NCBI RefSeq assembly: GCF_000150275.1
Contig: NW_002060945.1
Coordinates: forward strand, 3,495,172-3,559,171
DNA: 64,000 nucleotides
Direction of reading: 5' to 3'
Source of the DNA: Trichoplax adhaerens
Lineage: Eukaryota > Animalia > Placozoa
How positions within the stretch are numbered: the first letter of the stretch is position 1; every line of letters begins with the position of its first letter. Under the pieces are notes generated by a model. That model searched no databases. It saw nothing but the letters and a program-made list of their open reading frames with translations, and was not told where the DNA came from. Positions 46,101 to 64,000 of this stretch are shown here, piece after piece. The translations under genes and the position numbers were made by a program.

Positions 46101-49100
46101 TTTATAACTATTGAAATTTTAGTGGATTGATTTACGAAATGTTTGACAACAGAAATTTCCATATCTAGAATACTAACGGCAGAAACTGGCCTTAATCTTG
46201 AGAAATATGTATATATACACTCGTTGCGTATCCCATAGCATCATAATACAGTATCGTAGCTCATAAACTGTATTACAGTATACTGTAGTACTGCCTTATC
46301 GATGTTGAATGCTGGATTCAGCAATAATACGAAATGAGGAATTGGGAGTCTTATAATTATGCTGACCTTTATTGTCACCTAGGTCAGTAATTAAATTTAC
46401 TATTTATCCTGGAGAAGTGTATGATTTATATGACATATATCCGTCCAGTATGCTGCTTAGCCTTGACCAGTGTGCGATGTAGCGTACTACTTAAAATTGC
46501 CTCGATCAAGACTTTTCGAAGTAACACCGAAGCAGTTGATATGGTACTGCTGTACATAAATTGTCATATGATGATCATGCATTGTTCTGAAGTAGTTATT
46601 GATAAACTGGATGTTCCACAGTGATCATAAAATTAAGCCGTCTCAACGAGTAATTGTTATTAGTTATAGTGATAACGACATTACAGGCGATATCAATTTT
46701 ACATTATAAGTAGTACTGTACAAACAGTATAGTGCAATTAATTAATTGAACGCCATACGGACGCGGTAGTTTCACAGCAGAGAAGTTATGATATCTTGGA
46801 ATATATTGTTTCAAGTATCTTTTGATGTATGATATACTATAAGATGAATTACGGTAGGAATGAGAGTGTGGAAAAACTCGTACTTGGTATACTGTACATT
46901 TGTGCTACTCAATTAGAAAAAAGAAAGATCTGTATGCGTATAGTGTACAGTACTGTACTGTACACCAAAGCAAATCAAGCGGTTATTAAAAAAAGAAAAA
47001 TCTTGCAATTTTGTATTAATAAAACCACTTAGAACTAGGCTGCATATACTCAAACAGTTGTTGAAGAACGAGCTAGACGAAATTCTGAAACATTGACTTA
47101 GTTCAGTGCAGCAATCTTATGATGTTACTTGTACAAAAAAGGCAGCGCCACTAAAGAAAAGTCTTGTTCAATTTATATATGTACTATGTCTTTATCAAAA
47201 TTTAGCGATGGTAGGAAATTGTTACTACAAAGAAGGCTTCCATGAAGTGCATTAGTTATGTCATGTTAATGATAAACTGTATAGGATTTTTGTTTAAAAA
47301 AATCATGGTTTTTGTTAAAGCAGTAGTAACTACATACGATGATGCAAAATAAACATAGGACACACAATAATTTGCAACTGTAAATTACTCAAATTGGTAT
47401 TAGCAGTGCAAATCGAGGATTTCAAATAATTAGCTGGTACATATGTGAAAACGCACGTTGACATATACATCCGCTCATAATATTATTCATATAGTACAGT
47501 GTTACAGTATACCGATAGTGAAGAAATCTGATGGAAAAACTGTGACGTACACTCAAAGTAAAACGCCACAACCGCTCCTGCAGTCACCGTGGCGAAGGAT
47601 TACAATAAATTACATGCGTGCATCTAGTAAGTCATTAACTAGGTCGATCTTTAAATTTTTTAAGTCATCAAATTAAACATTATAATGATGTTGTTGAGAG
47701 GGGAAAAATAATAAGCAAGAAAATCTTTGTCTGAATTTAAAGGCATAATAATAACATAATGGAAAGCAATAAAAGAATGATTTGAAATTATTGCATCTTT
47801 TGTTTTACGAAGTTCTCTCTTGTCGAGAGCTACAAGGCACAAAGACACATAACATAGTAAAGTTTTCAAGCAGCAGAGACACATGATATCACTCACTATA
47901 CGGTAGAATTAATGATGCACCGGCTGCTACGTGCAGTATGCATACGGCACTGTATACCGGACATCTTATTACAGTTAAATATCAGTTACAAGTTAAGAAA
48001 TCATGGGTTGTTGTGATTACAGTAAACGTACAGTATAACTTGAAATCGAAGATATTTTTCAACATTATTCGTAACTTGTTCAATTTACCTGACAAGAAAG
48101 CAATCTTTTCTTTTAATATTTTTAAGACATCGTTAGCCTTTAAACTGTTGTCTTCATCAGTACCTAGAGTGTAGCATTAACAGTAAAGCTTCAAAAAAAG
48201 TTTTCCAAGGCTACAAATCCTACGATTTGTAGATCATTAATTTTAAAAAATATAGTAAAACTAAAATGCTTCTGGATATAAGTATCAAAGCTTTTGGCTC
48301 TCACGAATTAGTTTTATTTATTTTATTAACGTTATTTGCTAAACGATCGACAATTGCTCTTAGGTTAATCTCATCAAGTAAAAATTAAAAATAATAGCAG
48401 TGTACTGGCATACTGAATTTTACTTAAGATGAGTATTGCACTTTGTATAACTAAACTTTGAAAGCACTACAATTCGAGTTTCTAATCTTGTTATATATAT
48501 ATATTAAAGTTACAATATCGAGTCCACATAAGGATTTATAGTTAGAATTAATTCATATTACCATCGAGTTCGTAATAAAACGATTTTATATTTTTTTAAC
48601 ATTGATAGTGGAGTGTACAAAAATTCAGAACGATGGTGATGAATGCATTCTGTCGTGATAATCTGATCGATTATTTATTAATTAATTCATATATTCGTAT
48701 AGCACAACAGTGCATGTAAGGGTTGAAAGAACTAGTTACTACAGTAGTAGTGGTAGTAGTAGTTAGAATGAGAGCGAGTCGCGTTATAAATTTATACTCG
48801 TTAGGATTAACAACTTGCATCCTCCATGACAAAAAGTTCAATTGCTTCATATTAATCGTACTCTCCTGTTCACAGTATTGTTATAATCATGCAAACTTGG
48901 AATACTATTGGAAAGATAGCTAAGCAATATGAGTTATAAGCTGATATGATCGAATGGTAAAGAAATTGAGTTATATAAATCGAGCAACTATTACTGCACA
49001 TTGACATGCAAATTGAGATTAATCTAAATACTTGTAATTCTCTGGCTAATGATTTCAACGACTACGTAAGGTAATTTTTGGGGGGTTGGTTTAAGCGATT

Positions 49101-49503
49101 AATTAATCGTTTGCGGCTAAGATAGGTATACAGGATGGAGAATAGTGTAATAGAACAGTGTTGTGATCGATATTATGAAGAAATGAAGAGTACAGTAGTG
49201 AAAGATGGATGATAAGACCGCGTGCGGCTTTTCAAGTGACGTTTGTCGTGTATAACTGTACCTAAATACAGTCATGACTGTTGTACATCAATACGTAATT
49301 GTGAATTTTTATTTAATGGTTTGTTATTACAACGACTTGAAGAATGTAAGCTGGGTGTATTTATTGGTCAATTTTTAAACTGTTTATTATTTTAGTATAT
49401 TATTGAAGTAAATAGCTTGGATTAACTTACCTAATTCCATTAAACTTTTTGAGATATCATCGTCCGATAGTGTATTGACAGCAACAAGCGATCCTGCAGC
49501 CAT
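22147..49503 (-). CDS. TRIO: Trio/Kalirin-family multidomain RhoGEF: Sec14/CRAL-TRIO, spectrin repeats, DH1-PH1, linker, degenerate DH2-PH2, Ig, CAMK-type pseudokinase
   Basis: About 40 GT-AG exons. N-terminus KANDVLKILKEKIAFLSG|GRDRSG (48163-48089, 45742-45628); spectrin repeats ~44700-40100; DH1 ELITTEQTY, LIKPVQRMTKYQLLL, RRAND in exon 40838-39234; linker exons incl. 38446-38260, 34508-34403, ~30739-30615; DH2-PH2 28391-26125; Ig 24596-24308; kinase 24218-22147 ending NFIERRDDQVN*. No FN3 before the kinase, which is Trio-like. The start codon at 49503 and the final stop are best guesses. Confidence 0.9.
35200..36070. repeat. Degenerate tandem repeat, ~210 bp x 4, in a Trio intron
   Basis: Recurring GAAAYTRGAATTGTAATCGAAAGGAAAAT...TAAATATCRTGAAA...CAAAATTG units starting near 35252, 35463, 35668 and 35897. 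Confidence 0.8.
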
Positions 49504-50574
49504 GATGATCGGGAGCAATCTGTGATAGAAAAGCAATAGACCATGTTGTAGAATTGTATTTCACTAGTTTATACTATGCACAATTATCCATTTATGATGT
49601 TGTCTAGTGCATAAACTAGACTTGAAGTATTTCATGTACAGTTAAACCCCTGAAATTGAACTGCCAGCGTTTAGCATCCAGTCTGGCACTCCGTCAAGGT
49701 TAGAATTATTATAAAAATGACAACTATTTGCACTTTCGATAAAGATCGTTGGGCTGAGAATGAAAGAAAATGAAAATAGATTCTTATAATCCATTTTCAA
49801 TAAGCGATAAAAGACTAATTGCTTATGTTAACCCTTCCAATTATTGCATTCCAATTGAACCGATATGAATAAAGAAATATCTTGAAGTAGTACTAACCTC
49901 CAATGAGCTAAGCTAAGATGATGTCGCTTGTCTGCAATAGCTTAACAAATGATAACGAAGACGGCGACACTACATTACTGAAATGTTGGAACATTGAATT
50001 TGTCAAGTGGTTGAACAAAAGTCCTACTGTACTTTACGCAGTTTCAATCAATTAATTTGGCTAGTAGTAAGAATAAAAAGCAATCTTTCAAAGACAGTAA
50101 TTTTCCTAGGGTAGAAATTAGCCTCCAATTTTCTCTTTTTATTGTCCACCTTGGAGATAAAAATGGTGCGCCATCTTGAGAAGTAGGTCCAAGTTGTATT
50201 TACTTGTACTGTATTAATTATAATTTATCAATTGAACGAGTGGTGTGCACTATACAAAGTCAGCATAGCACCGGGGGCTCCTGTGGTGTCGCTGACTGCA
50301 AACCAATCGCATTGACAATGTCACTCCATGACACGTAGGATCAGTATAATGTATGTGTCAGCAGGTCGCTTTATGTGCGGTTGTCGCGTAGTACAGTGTG
50401 ACATGGATCACTCTGTTGACATGCTGGCTGATTCACCCATCATTACACGGTTCTCGAGCACTTGCTGCCACACTAGTGGTGAGATGTTGATGGTCTGAAA
50501 CAGGACCGATCATCTTGAGTGTCCAAGTCTATTTTCACATTTACTCCAAGCTTTGACTGCAATCAAGTAATGTT

Positions 50575-50745
50575 TTGTAACACTGTACCGTACCGGAACC
50601 GGAGAGTACTGTACAGTGTACAGTGTACAGTGCACAGAGATTCTTCTTGAAGTACTGTACACTGTACAGTACTGCCCAAGAATGCTTTGAAAAAAAATAA
50701 GAATTCACTAGTACGGTACGGTACTATTGCAGTACTGTACATAGA
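50575..50745. promoter_or_regulatory. TACTGTAC/GTACAGT-rich block, probable Trio promoter region
   Basis: GTACTGTACAGTGTACAGTGTACAGTG and similar arrays ~1.1 kb upstream of the Trio ATG; related blocks at 51030-51047, 51775-51850 and 53070-53092. Confidence 0.5.
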
Positions 50746-53348
50746 GATTCATCTTGAACTTTATTTAACACAGTATGACGAAATATTTTATTTATTCCAG
50801 TGTTGTACTGTAGCTTGTGCAACAATAGTTTACACTGTATTCATTCATAGCCTTGTATTTCTGCTATCTTGCTATGCCGTAATAGGTCATACTTGAGTAG
50901 CTAAGTTGTTTCGACTCAGAGAAATGGTTTTCCAAAACGTAGAGGGAAGAAAAAAAATTTTCTTTTCCTATCCATGGTCTCCATGATCGTGATTACACAG
51001 ATGTTCCCATTTGCTCCAGTATACAATGTCACTGTACAGTACTGTAGACCACAATCTGAAAAGAGAGTGACACCAAGTGGTCGTTCACTGAAGTGATTGA
51101 ACGCTGCCCGACTCGTTTTTCCCCTCATTCTACTCTCTACTCTACCACTGGAAGCGTTACCCTACTGTATCAAAAGCAATCTTTCTTGCAGCTCTGTATG
51201 CAGCGTTGCGGACATACGGTAGAGTTGAAATAATAATTAGCAATAGAATTGTCCTCCTCATTTTTAGTATATAGAGCGACCATTTTGCATCGCTAACGAT
51301 AGGTTGATCTGCAACTTGAAGTGGCCGTTGTGACTCGTTGAGTGCAAGAAATGGTGCTGAACATTTTGCTGATTATCATCTCTTTGAACACTCAACATGC
51401 ATACTACAGTTGCTTATAAACATTCACTACCAAAAAAGTAAAAATACCTGACCAAGGTATTTTTTAGTTGTCCGATGGAGTGTACTCCTATATACAGTAG
51501 TACAAAACCACCTTGGACATCGTGGACAGTAACAGACATACAGGGTGTCCATAAATTATCCCAGCGTACAAATTTAAAATTAGCATTGCCAAATCGAGCA
51601 GTAATTTGCCTCCAAAATCTACTGAAATGTACAGTAACAAATAACCTATCATAATGTGAAAACTTGAAAGCTGTACGGTTAACTTGAAATGACCATTGAC
51701 CAATACTGTAAATCGCCTGCGCGTTTTAGTGATGGAACTCATGGAAATCCCATTGTCCGTCCATCTCTCTTTCAACTACAGTACCAAATTACTACGAATA
51801 GTACTGTACTGTACAGTACAATAGAGTTCTGTACTGTACTGTATACTGTAAGTGCAAGTGGGTCACCCGCGCCAGCCGTAGTCTGCCACCGTGCTTTGAA
51901 AATCAATGGCTGATTCTGGGTATGCTGCTGGAGGTCTGCGTTCCAGTGCTTGCCAAGGATAATCATGATGGAATTCTGCTTGGCCATTACTATACTGCAA
52001 ATAAGAAGAGATTAATACAGTGTAAGAAGAGTTAAACTCAAGCCTACAATATCTTAAAAGAAATGAGCATGATATTGACTTTGACGGTAGTTTTGTACGA
52101 AGAAAGTGGCTGTGTAGACCTGTTGTAAAGAGTACACTGTTGCTGTTAGAAATGGATAATTCCTTCGTCAACCCTTCATTTCAGTCTTTAACCTGCTATG
52201 CGTTTACTGTATTTAGTGCTGTTGCAAAGCGTCTTAAAGCCTAAAACTTGAAATACTGTTTTTTCTTACAGTAATCCATTCAAGAGTAAAATTACACTCA
52301 TTTCTTCATCATTTTAACAGAGATTCTTGGATGAAATAAAGGTACGACTCTACTCTGGCTCTACCTTGAATATTTCAAGATACAGTAATCTACTCTTGGC
52401 CCACGTACGGTGGCTTTTACTGTATTTTTACTAACTGCTGGTTTTCTATCTAGATTTCTCTTGGTTTAATTCTCTTTAAAGTACACTTTTACAAGGTAGA
52501 TTTTATAGCATTTTGACACTAAGACAACCCAGTATCCTTATATCTCTTACTATAGCAAAATATTAATTATACAGTACTGTATATATGTGTATATACATAT
52601 ACTGTATTTAAAGTTCATTAATGATTAGTTACAGTGCATATTAGTCTTTGTTTTGTCGACGAGAGCAACGGCAGGCATACTGTACGTAGAAGATGGACTT
52701 GACTTCATATTATTGATGTAACGTATGTCGTAGGAAATAGTGCGGAGCCCATCCCTGTTCCATAGTGATTTTTCCTTCGTGCCAATTCTATAGTTTTACT
52801 TCTCGCACTGTAAAGGAAATCATATCATCTGTTTTACCTTCATATTTTCGCCACCATTTCTGATATAATCGACAGTGTTGCTGATATCGATGAGTGAGGT
52901 TACTGAGGTAAATACGCATAGCTTGCAATCCATAAAAATGAGCACCACACATACGACTACTGACTGACACTAAATTTTATTGCCGTTAAATCAATGGATG
53001 AAACGTATGTTGATCAATAGCAGAACCATAAGTCTTCTGTAATAATATCTTTCTTTCCTTTATCCGACTACTGTACTGTACAGTATACAGTATAACGGAT
53101 ATTTCGCAGTATTGATTACCTTGATATACCTGTACTCGTGACTAGTGCCGAAATATGTATGTATGCATGTAGGAATTATTTCTTACATGTGTAACGACTG
53201 TAAGTAGTTACTCGAATGGATCAATTGATGTAACAATTAGTGCCTGAATAGTGAAGTACCCTACGGTTGTTGATTTCTAATGACTTGAAGTAATCTCTAA
53301 TATTTGATAAATATTGACAGGAGAGACTTCTACAGCTCACAAGACGCC

Positions 53349-54516
53349 ATGAATTTCACAATCTTCTCTCGGTTTCTTAACCCCATAACAAAACACCGTC
53401 CTATTAACCTGAATGGTTATCATCGATATTATGCTACTTATTGGTTAAATCATAATAGGCCTTGCAAAAATCCAGAATCGACATTAAGTTGCTATAGGCA
53501 TCAGCATCACCATACCTGGATTCAAAAGGATGTTCTATCAAACATGAAAGGAGCTTTGGCTAACTTTGGTGGTAGTTTTTCCTTCTTGACCAATTCCACT
53601 TCCAACTACCTATCCGTCGCACAAGTAACTGATCTACTTCGACAGGAGAGAGGAAAAGATGTCTGTGCCATCAATATATCTCCTGAATATTGCTATGTTG
53701 ATCATATTGTTATTTGTAGTGGTTCATCTACACGTCATCTTAGAGGAATGGCAACTTCGTTGAAATCTCAGGTAAACATAGACAACAGTGAATACGGTAG
53801 TATTCAATTTTGTCGAATCTGTTTAAAATGTATACCAATACAGTAGCACCATCATTCTAAAATGAGATAATCAATTATATTATTAAGCATGGCTGTTCGT
53901 CCATCTTTACAAACTATGAAATGCTCTTTCGATCATTTATATAATTTAAATTTTACAACTACGTCGTATGCCTGTATTTCTCGAAACGTGTATCACCACC
54001 TTTTAGCATGAGTTTGTAAAAATGAAGCGTTAATATGCGCTAATTTTATACTGTACCATGGACTACTAGAAATAGCTGTACTAGGATCAATCAATTTTTA
54101 CCTAATGGTACATTTTTTACCAGAATCCTTGAAAATTTATACCGTGCATAAAATTACTGTTATAAACTTAAATTAGGATTTTCAACTTTTTTTCATAATG
54201 TTCGTTGATATCATCGCCGGCAAATTTTGTATTATAGTCCAATGATGCATTCCTTGTTAATAAGGTATCCTTGTTCTTGCCTCTGTAGTTTCGTGGAAAG
54301 CATCTGCCTGGTATTGGCAAAGTACTTATCGAAGGAGAGGACTGTCAAGATTGGATGGCAATTGATATTGGAAATATGGTAGTCCATTTTTTCTTACCGG
54401 AAACTCGCGAGAAATATCAGTTGGAAAAGTTATGGCTACTAGGACCGCAATATGATGATTTAACTATTTCAATGTCACTGACGGAGGATCTAATGAATAA
54501 GCACTGGAACAAATGA
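53349..54516 (+). CDS. MALSU1: Mitochondrial assembly of ribosomal large subunit protein 1 (RsfS/Iojap family)
   Basis: Exons 53349-53771 and 54289-54516. Arg/Ser-rich presequence-like N-terminus, then [69 protein letters not shown]. Confidence 0.93.
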
Positions 54517-56370
54517 ATATTGATGATACGGATTCTTCAGTGAGAATACGAAAGCTCCAACTGATAGGTAATTTTAGTACCATAATGGACAGGATGACAA
54601 TTACAATTGTGTAATAATTAATTAATGCGATATTTGCTACTTCTTGCATTAATCATGTTATTACTAGAGTGTAAGATAAATTAGGAAGCGAATGTATTAT
54701 AAATATCATAGACTAACATGCATTAAAAGATCGAAATGACGCATTAATATTTTATTATGTTGCATTCTATTGTTCTATTTTATTACGCCATGCTTGTTAA
54801 TATGACTTTATAATTTTCACCTTTTAAAAGAAACTTAAGGTGATTTTGTTGCTATAACATCAGTCTAATTGAGTGATTGAAATATACAAGTGATAGAGAC
54901 GTAAACATCACCGGAGATTTTATCTACGCCCAGCAATGTCTTATTTACCGGATTTTATTCTTAAAGTACAAGATATTAAGTGTAATTTACAAACAATGTA
55001 ATGAAAATTGTAATTTTCACTCCATAATGAAATGCAAAATGGAAGAATCTAAATAACCGAGTTTTAGAGATTTTATGTTTGTGGCAATAAAATAACTGGA
55101 TTGCATCTATTTATATGAATTATTTGACAATTGTTCAGATAATTACGACCTAATATTAAGAAATTACGTCAGCGGCAACGATGGCACAGCTAATACTTTT
55201 ATTATAGTCCAAAAAAATTTATTTGTGTGATTAGCGTGTGCAAAACATGTACAGTACTTTACTGTCAATCTTGGAGCAAGTAAAGTAGTACATCCGAACC
55301 TATTTCATACATTCCCAGGTACCGTACTTTAGATCATTTCTAATTTCTAATGTACAGTATATCATTTTTCGTTATGATTGCTATATTTTGGTCTTAATAT
55401 GCTATCTATCAATGTCTACTTATTGATTTATTACTTACTAGTCAATACACAGTGTTAGGTGAAAAATGACAAGAATTTCCTTCGAGAAAAATTACGAGTG
55501 TTATTTATCATAAACCAACATACTATGGGTCATCTTATTTATACCTAATCACAGATACTACAGTAGTCCTCAGTTCGTTAGGAAAGAAAAATTGAGAAAT
55601 ATACATAAACAATATTGATAATAAATCATCATTATTACTGTTAATGAGATTTTTTTCAAGTAATAACATTATAAGTATCCAGTAGTAATTACTAAATTCC
55701 ATTTTCATTTCTATCAATACAGCAGCACCTTTCTATTATAATTCCTTTCAATAGATTAAAAAAATACTAAGATCTGATAAACTTGCAGCAATTCTATGAT
55801 ACAAGCAAATTGTTAAACATAAGTATTTGTTACGCCAAACAGTCGCTAATCTTAAAAGCAAACGGGTATTTAGGACGATGAATGATAATGAATTATATTA
55901 TACGTACAAGCAGGTTTAGTAATTCTAGAAATTGATTGATTGATGTACTGTTAATTGTATAGTATATGGATTGACGATAGTTATTTTATATACCAGTGTA
56001 CATTATATACACTACTGTAATTTGTGATCATATATATGATGCTAAAATGGCTGTAATGGTAAATTTAGCATATACATACGCGTATAATAATGCATTTGTT
56101 TACTTTGTTGATTTATGACGAAGATCGTAGAGATTATCATAAGAGATTACAAATATTCAATATAACTGTACACTGTACAGTGTACACACGATGCATTACT
56201 ATAAGTATCGAGAAATTTTATAACACATTAGTAGGCGTGACGTTTACGCATTGCAACTTATTATTCATAAAATGTATAGAGTTCACTTTTTCTAATTTCA
56301 AAATCCTACATCGAAAAATTTAAAACATCTAGAGAAAAATTTTTTCCATTAATTAATTAACGTAGATCAA

Positions 56371-60686
<4,316 letters not shown>

Positions 60687-60869
60687 CTTTAGTATAAAGA
60701 ATGTGAAAGAAATTTTACATCGGAGATTTCAGCATATTAATATGAATTAGAATGCACTATTATGTCAGAAGCCTTATCAATTAATGGGGATTAAAGTTTT
60801 AGAATTTGCGAACAGCAGATAATTTATTAAATAGCGATATACAACTAGCTTTAAGATATTAGTTAATAC

Positions 60870-61670
60870 CGAGACTTAATGTCTATTTTTAACAACGATA
60901 GCTTATTTATTTATCGTATGATACTGTTAAGGATTAGGAATAAAATATCTGTCAGTAGTTCTAGATGATATAGAAAACATGGTGTTAGAAAGTAAAACCG
61001 AATTTTGACCCGTGTAGCCTAATTGCACTACGACATAGTTCACAATTAGAAATTCGAATGTCTATTAGTACTTCTTTATTCGCCAACATATTTAATTAAA
61101 GATAATATGGAAATGGCTGTACCAGGTAATAAGACCTATTATTAAGAACAGCAGCATATTTATCGGTGGGATACTGTTAAGGGCTAGAAATTAAAACATC
61201 TATCAGTAATTATACGGGTAGATTCGTCTATCCATCCCAATATGATACTGTAGTACTAGAAAATAAAGTATATTTTTAATAATTGCAGGGTATTTATGGT
61301 AAGTCACTACTAATGAATAGATATGAAAATGCCTGCCAGTAATTATAGATTATTTTATCCATCCAAAATTTAAAGATGATACGGATACGATAGTTGCAGA
61401 AAATAAAGCCGTTTTTAACATCGACATCGTGTTATTGTAGGACGCTGTTAGTAAAAGCTAGAAATTAAAATGACTATTCGTAATTCTAGATTCGTCCATC
61501 TACTCAAAGATGATATAAAGATGATAATACGCGAAAATCAGACAAAGTTTTAAGGACAGCACTTATCCAAAAATAAAACATTTTAAACAAGAGCAACGTA
61601 TTTATCGTAGAGCATTGTTAAATTTTAAGGATTAAAAATTAAAGTGTCTATCGGTACTTCTGGAATCGCC
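60870..61670. repeat. Degenerate tandem repeat, ~140 bp x 5-6
   Basis: Recurring TATTTATCG...ACTGTTAAG...AGAAATTAAAA...CAGTAATT...AGAAAATAAAG units near 60886, 61140, 61281, 61420 and 61580. Confidence 0.75.
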
Positions 61671-64000
61671 TTGTCCCACTCTGATTTACTGACAAAAATA
61701 TTATAATTATTTACTATATTTTGCGGTTTTTCAACATCTGTCATGTCCTATCAATCTCTTTTCATCAGTGTCCATATTCAAGACGAAATCTTGGAAATTA
61801 AAAAAACTGGCTGTTTAAGAGTTTGTAGTAGTTATAAATAACGGGTACAAGTGGGGCCTATTTGCTGGATCATTTCCGCATTTAATGGCGGTTAAAAAAT
61901 ATTATACCTTTACCGAATAGTATCAATGAAGGATTATTCAATTATCTACAAGAAAAGAGCTGTATCATTTCATAACGGTTAGACAATTTACGATAATGTC
62001 TCTTCAACAATTTCAATTGAGCTAATTCCACTATTGTCAATACACAACGGTCAGTCATTGTCCATTTTACGTTCTAATATCGCATATGGATGTCCTGCCG
62101 ATAATCATAAGGGAATCAAAATTGTCATATAATAGCTACTATTTGATCTGATGAAAAAACTACATGACATCATCATAGTCATCATAGTCATGATAGTGGA
62201 TTGATATATATATATAAATATAAACTATAAACTAGGCATATCCAAGATGATGGTAACAAATTAACCCGTGAGAATTTCATCGTAATGCAAGGTGCAGTAA
62301 AGGCTTAACCGTAGGTAAAAAACGTGTCTAGCTGCATAGAGTATCCTACTGGTTACAAGTTATTATCTTGAAAAGATTTAGGGTAAAGTACAATTGATCG
62401 AAAGTAAATGATAGCTAGTATAGCTTATAAAACATTAGTGTGGAAACTTTACCGTTAGATATTCAAGAAATAATTATTTCTACTGTTAGCTTACGGTTAA
62501 AAAATAATTAATAATCGATCCATGATCATTACGTTGATCTCTAGATTCTATAGATTGATTATCAGTTAATAAAGTGATGTAGATTAAATACTTAAATTAT
62601 TCTTCTAGGTTAAGTAGGAAAAGCTTGAAAAAGTGTAGGGATTAATTTAATCACTACCGTCTTCAAATAATACTTTTATATCGTTAGGCTAGAGCGTGAT
62701 GGGATACGCAAATCTTTCGGTTAGTAATGATTAAAATAAGTCATCCTGTATTAATTGGTAACCGATATCAAAGGAGGATCGAATTGTATAGCTAATCATT
62801 CTAGTAGAGTGAGTGATAATTATGAGAGCTAAAATAAATAGTGACGAATTTCTTTATCACTACAGTATATTTATTCTGCTATTTACAGTTGCAGCTAATG
62901 GTTCAATTGATTGATAATCCCAACCTTCTCCACGCTTTCTGAAGAAAAATTTTGATAACAATTATTATGCAGCAAGTCTTGAACTACAGAGGTGCAGCTA
63001 ACTCCCATTCTATTTTTTCATGATAATACTAAATGGTGTGACAACTTACAGAAGATCAATTAGCCTATTCTAGATGAGTGTACAAAGAATCTCTGCCGAG
63101 CAGATTAAAACATATCATTAAAAGTATTGAATTGAGTATTTTTTCTATTGATGGCATTATGAAAATACTTTTAGCGATTAATCTTAACATGATCAAAATT
63201 GTCTAACTAAGTTCGTGATGATGAACTATTATTTGATCTCGGTAACGCTAACTATATTTATGAAAGTAAAATTGAATTTGACCTTATTGCTAGCATAGCA
63301 TCAATGTACCTTAAAAAATAGAAGGTTTGAGTTAAACAAATAAATAAATGATTTCAATCTAGTTTTTATAGATATAATCAAAGTAAACGGTATCTGATGA
63401 TCAACAGTGATGATGATAATGATATTGCGTCTCGTTAAAAATAATAGAAAAACAGACCTGGAATCGCTTCGATGTAAGCAATCTTTTTCCACGCCAAGAA
63501 TATAAATAGGATACTGAAGGCAGTTATTACCTTCATATCTAGTAATGAACATCAATTAAATTTGATCGAGTAGGAGAATCAAAGCGAAAAGATAAAATCA
63601 AGAAATTCTTGTTCTCCACACTTGTTTTAAAATGTTCAAGGATGGGAGAAATTTATCGAACAGTTAATTAGATCCAGACTTTGCAGTACAGGATGGAGAC
63701 AGCAAACAGTGCTAGGTTATCCTAGTCTTCAGGGTATATAGTGACTTAGTAAATAAGCGATCAACATTTATGTTTACCTAATACATGTGTACAGTACACT
63801 AGACTATTCCATCCTGAATGGATGAGTAGTTGACAATTAATATACTTGAGTACTATGTTTTCGCACAGTAGCATACTATTGTTGAGTCAAATTGGGTGTG
63901 ATCTTGCTTCTCAATAGTACTACCTACATACTGCACGTATAGCTACTGCAAAACTTGGTGGGAACGACTTTAAGCAGGGCTTGGATAATTTTATTATGGG

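Noticed and set aside
50480-50518. SECIS-like TGA...AAA...GA hairpin
   Set aside because: Upper helix is too short and it is not in the 3' UTR of a selenoprotein gene.
51772-51987. ORF MAKQNSIMIILGKHW... as an RPL13-like N-terminus
   Set aside because: Resemblance is superficial and the frame runs into the TACTGTAC repeat.
61900-63800. Candidate signal-peptide exons for the RTK
   Set aside because: No exon with both a hydrophobic signal sequence and a phase-1 donor was found.

Overview
AT-rich, intron-rich eukaryotic DNA with a metazoan gene set and compact introns, most consistent with a placozoan (Trichoplax-like) genome; this is an inference. Genes in order: 3' end of UBE2G2 (+), an SDR/retinol-dehydrogenase-like gene (-), DLK/LZK-type MAP3K (-), LSM5 (+), a ~27 kb Trio/Kalirin-family gene (-), MALSU1/RsfS (+) and a receptor tyrosine kinase with an unusual Cys-rich ectodomain (-, N-terminus not found). 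Main observations: (1) the SDR gene sits inside a decayed DOCK3/4-like gene on the same strand, whose remnants flank it in the correct order; (2) Trio keeps an intact first GEF, but its second DH domain is degenerate and its kinase looks catalytically dead, while the Galpha-q-binding ALxxPI helix is retained; (3) LSM5 has two U12-type introns, and retention of the last gives a clean alternative C-terminus; (4) the RTK has a furin site just outside the membrane; (5) TACTGTAC/GTACAGTA arrays mark the divergent gene heads and flank four GC-rich, hairpin-dense islands of unknown identity. Exon structures were read by eye and reference protein motifs were recalled from memory; no searches were run.
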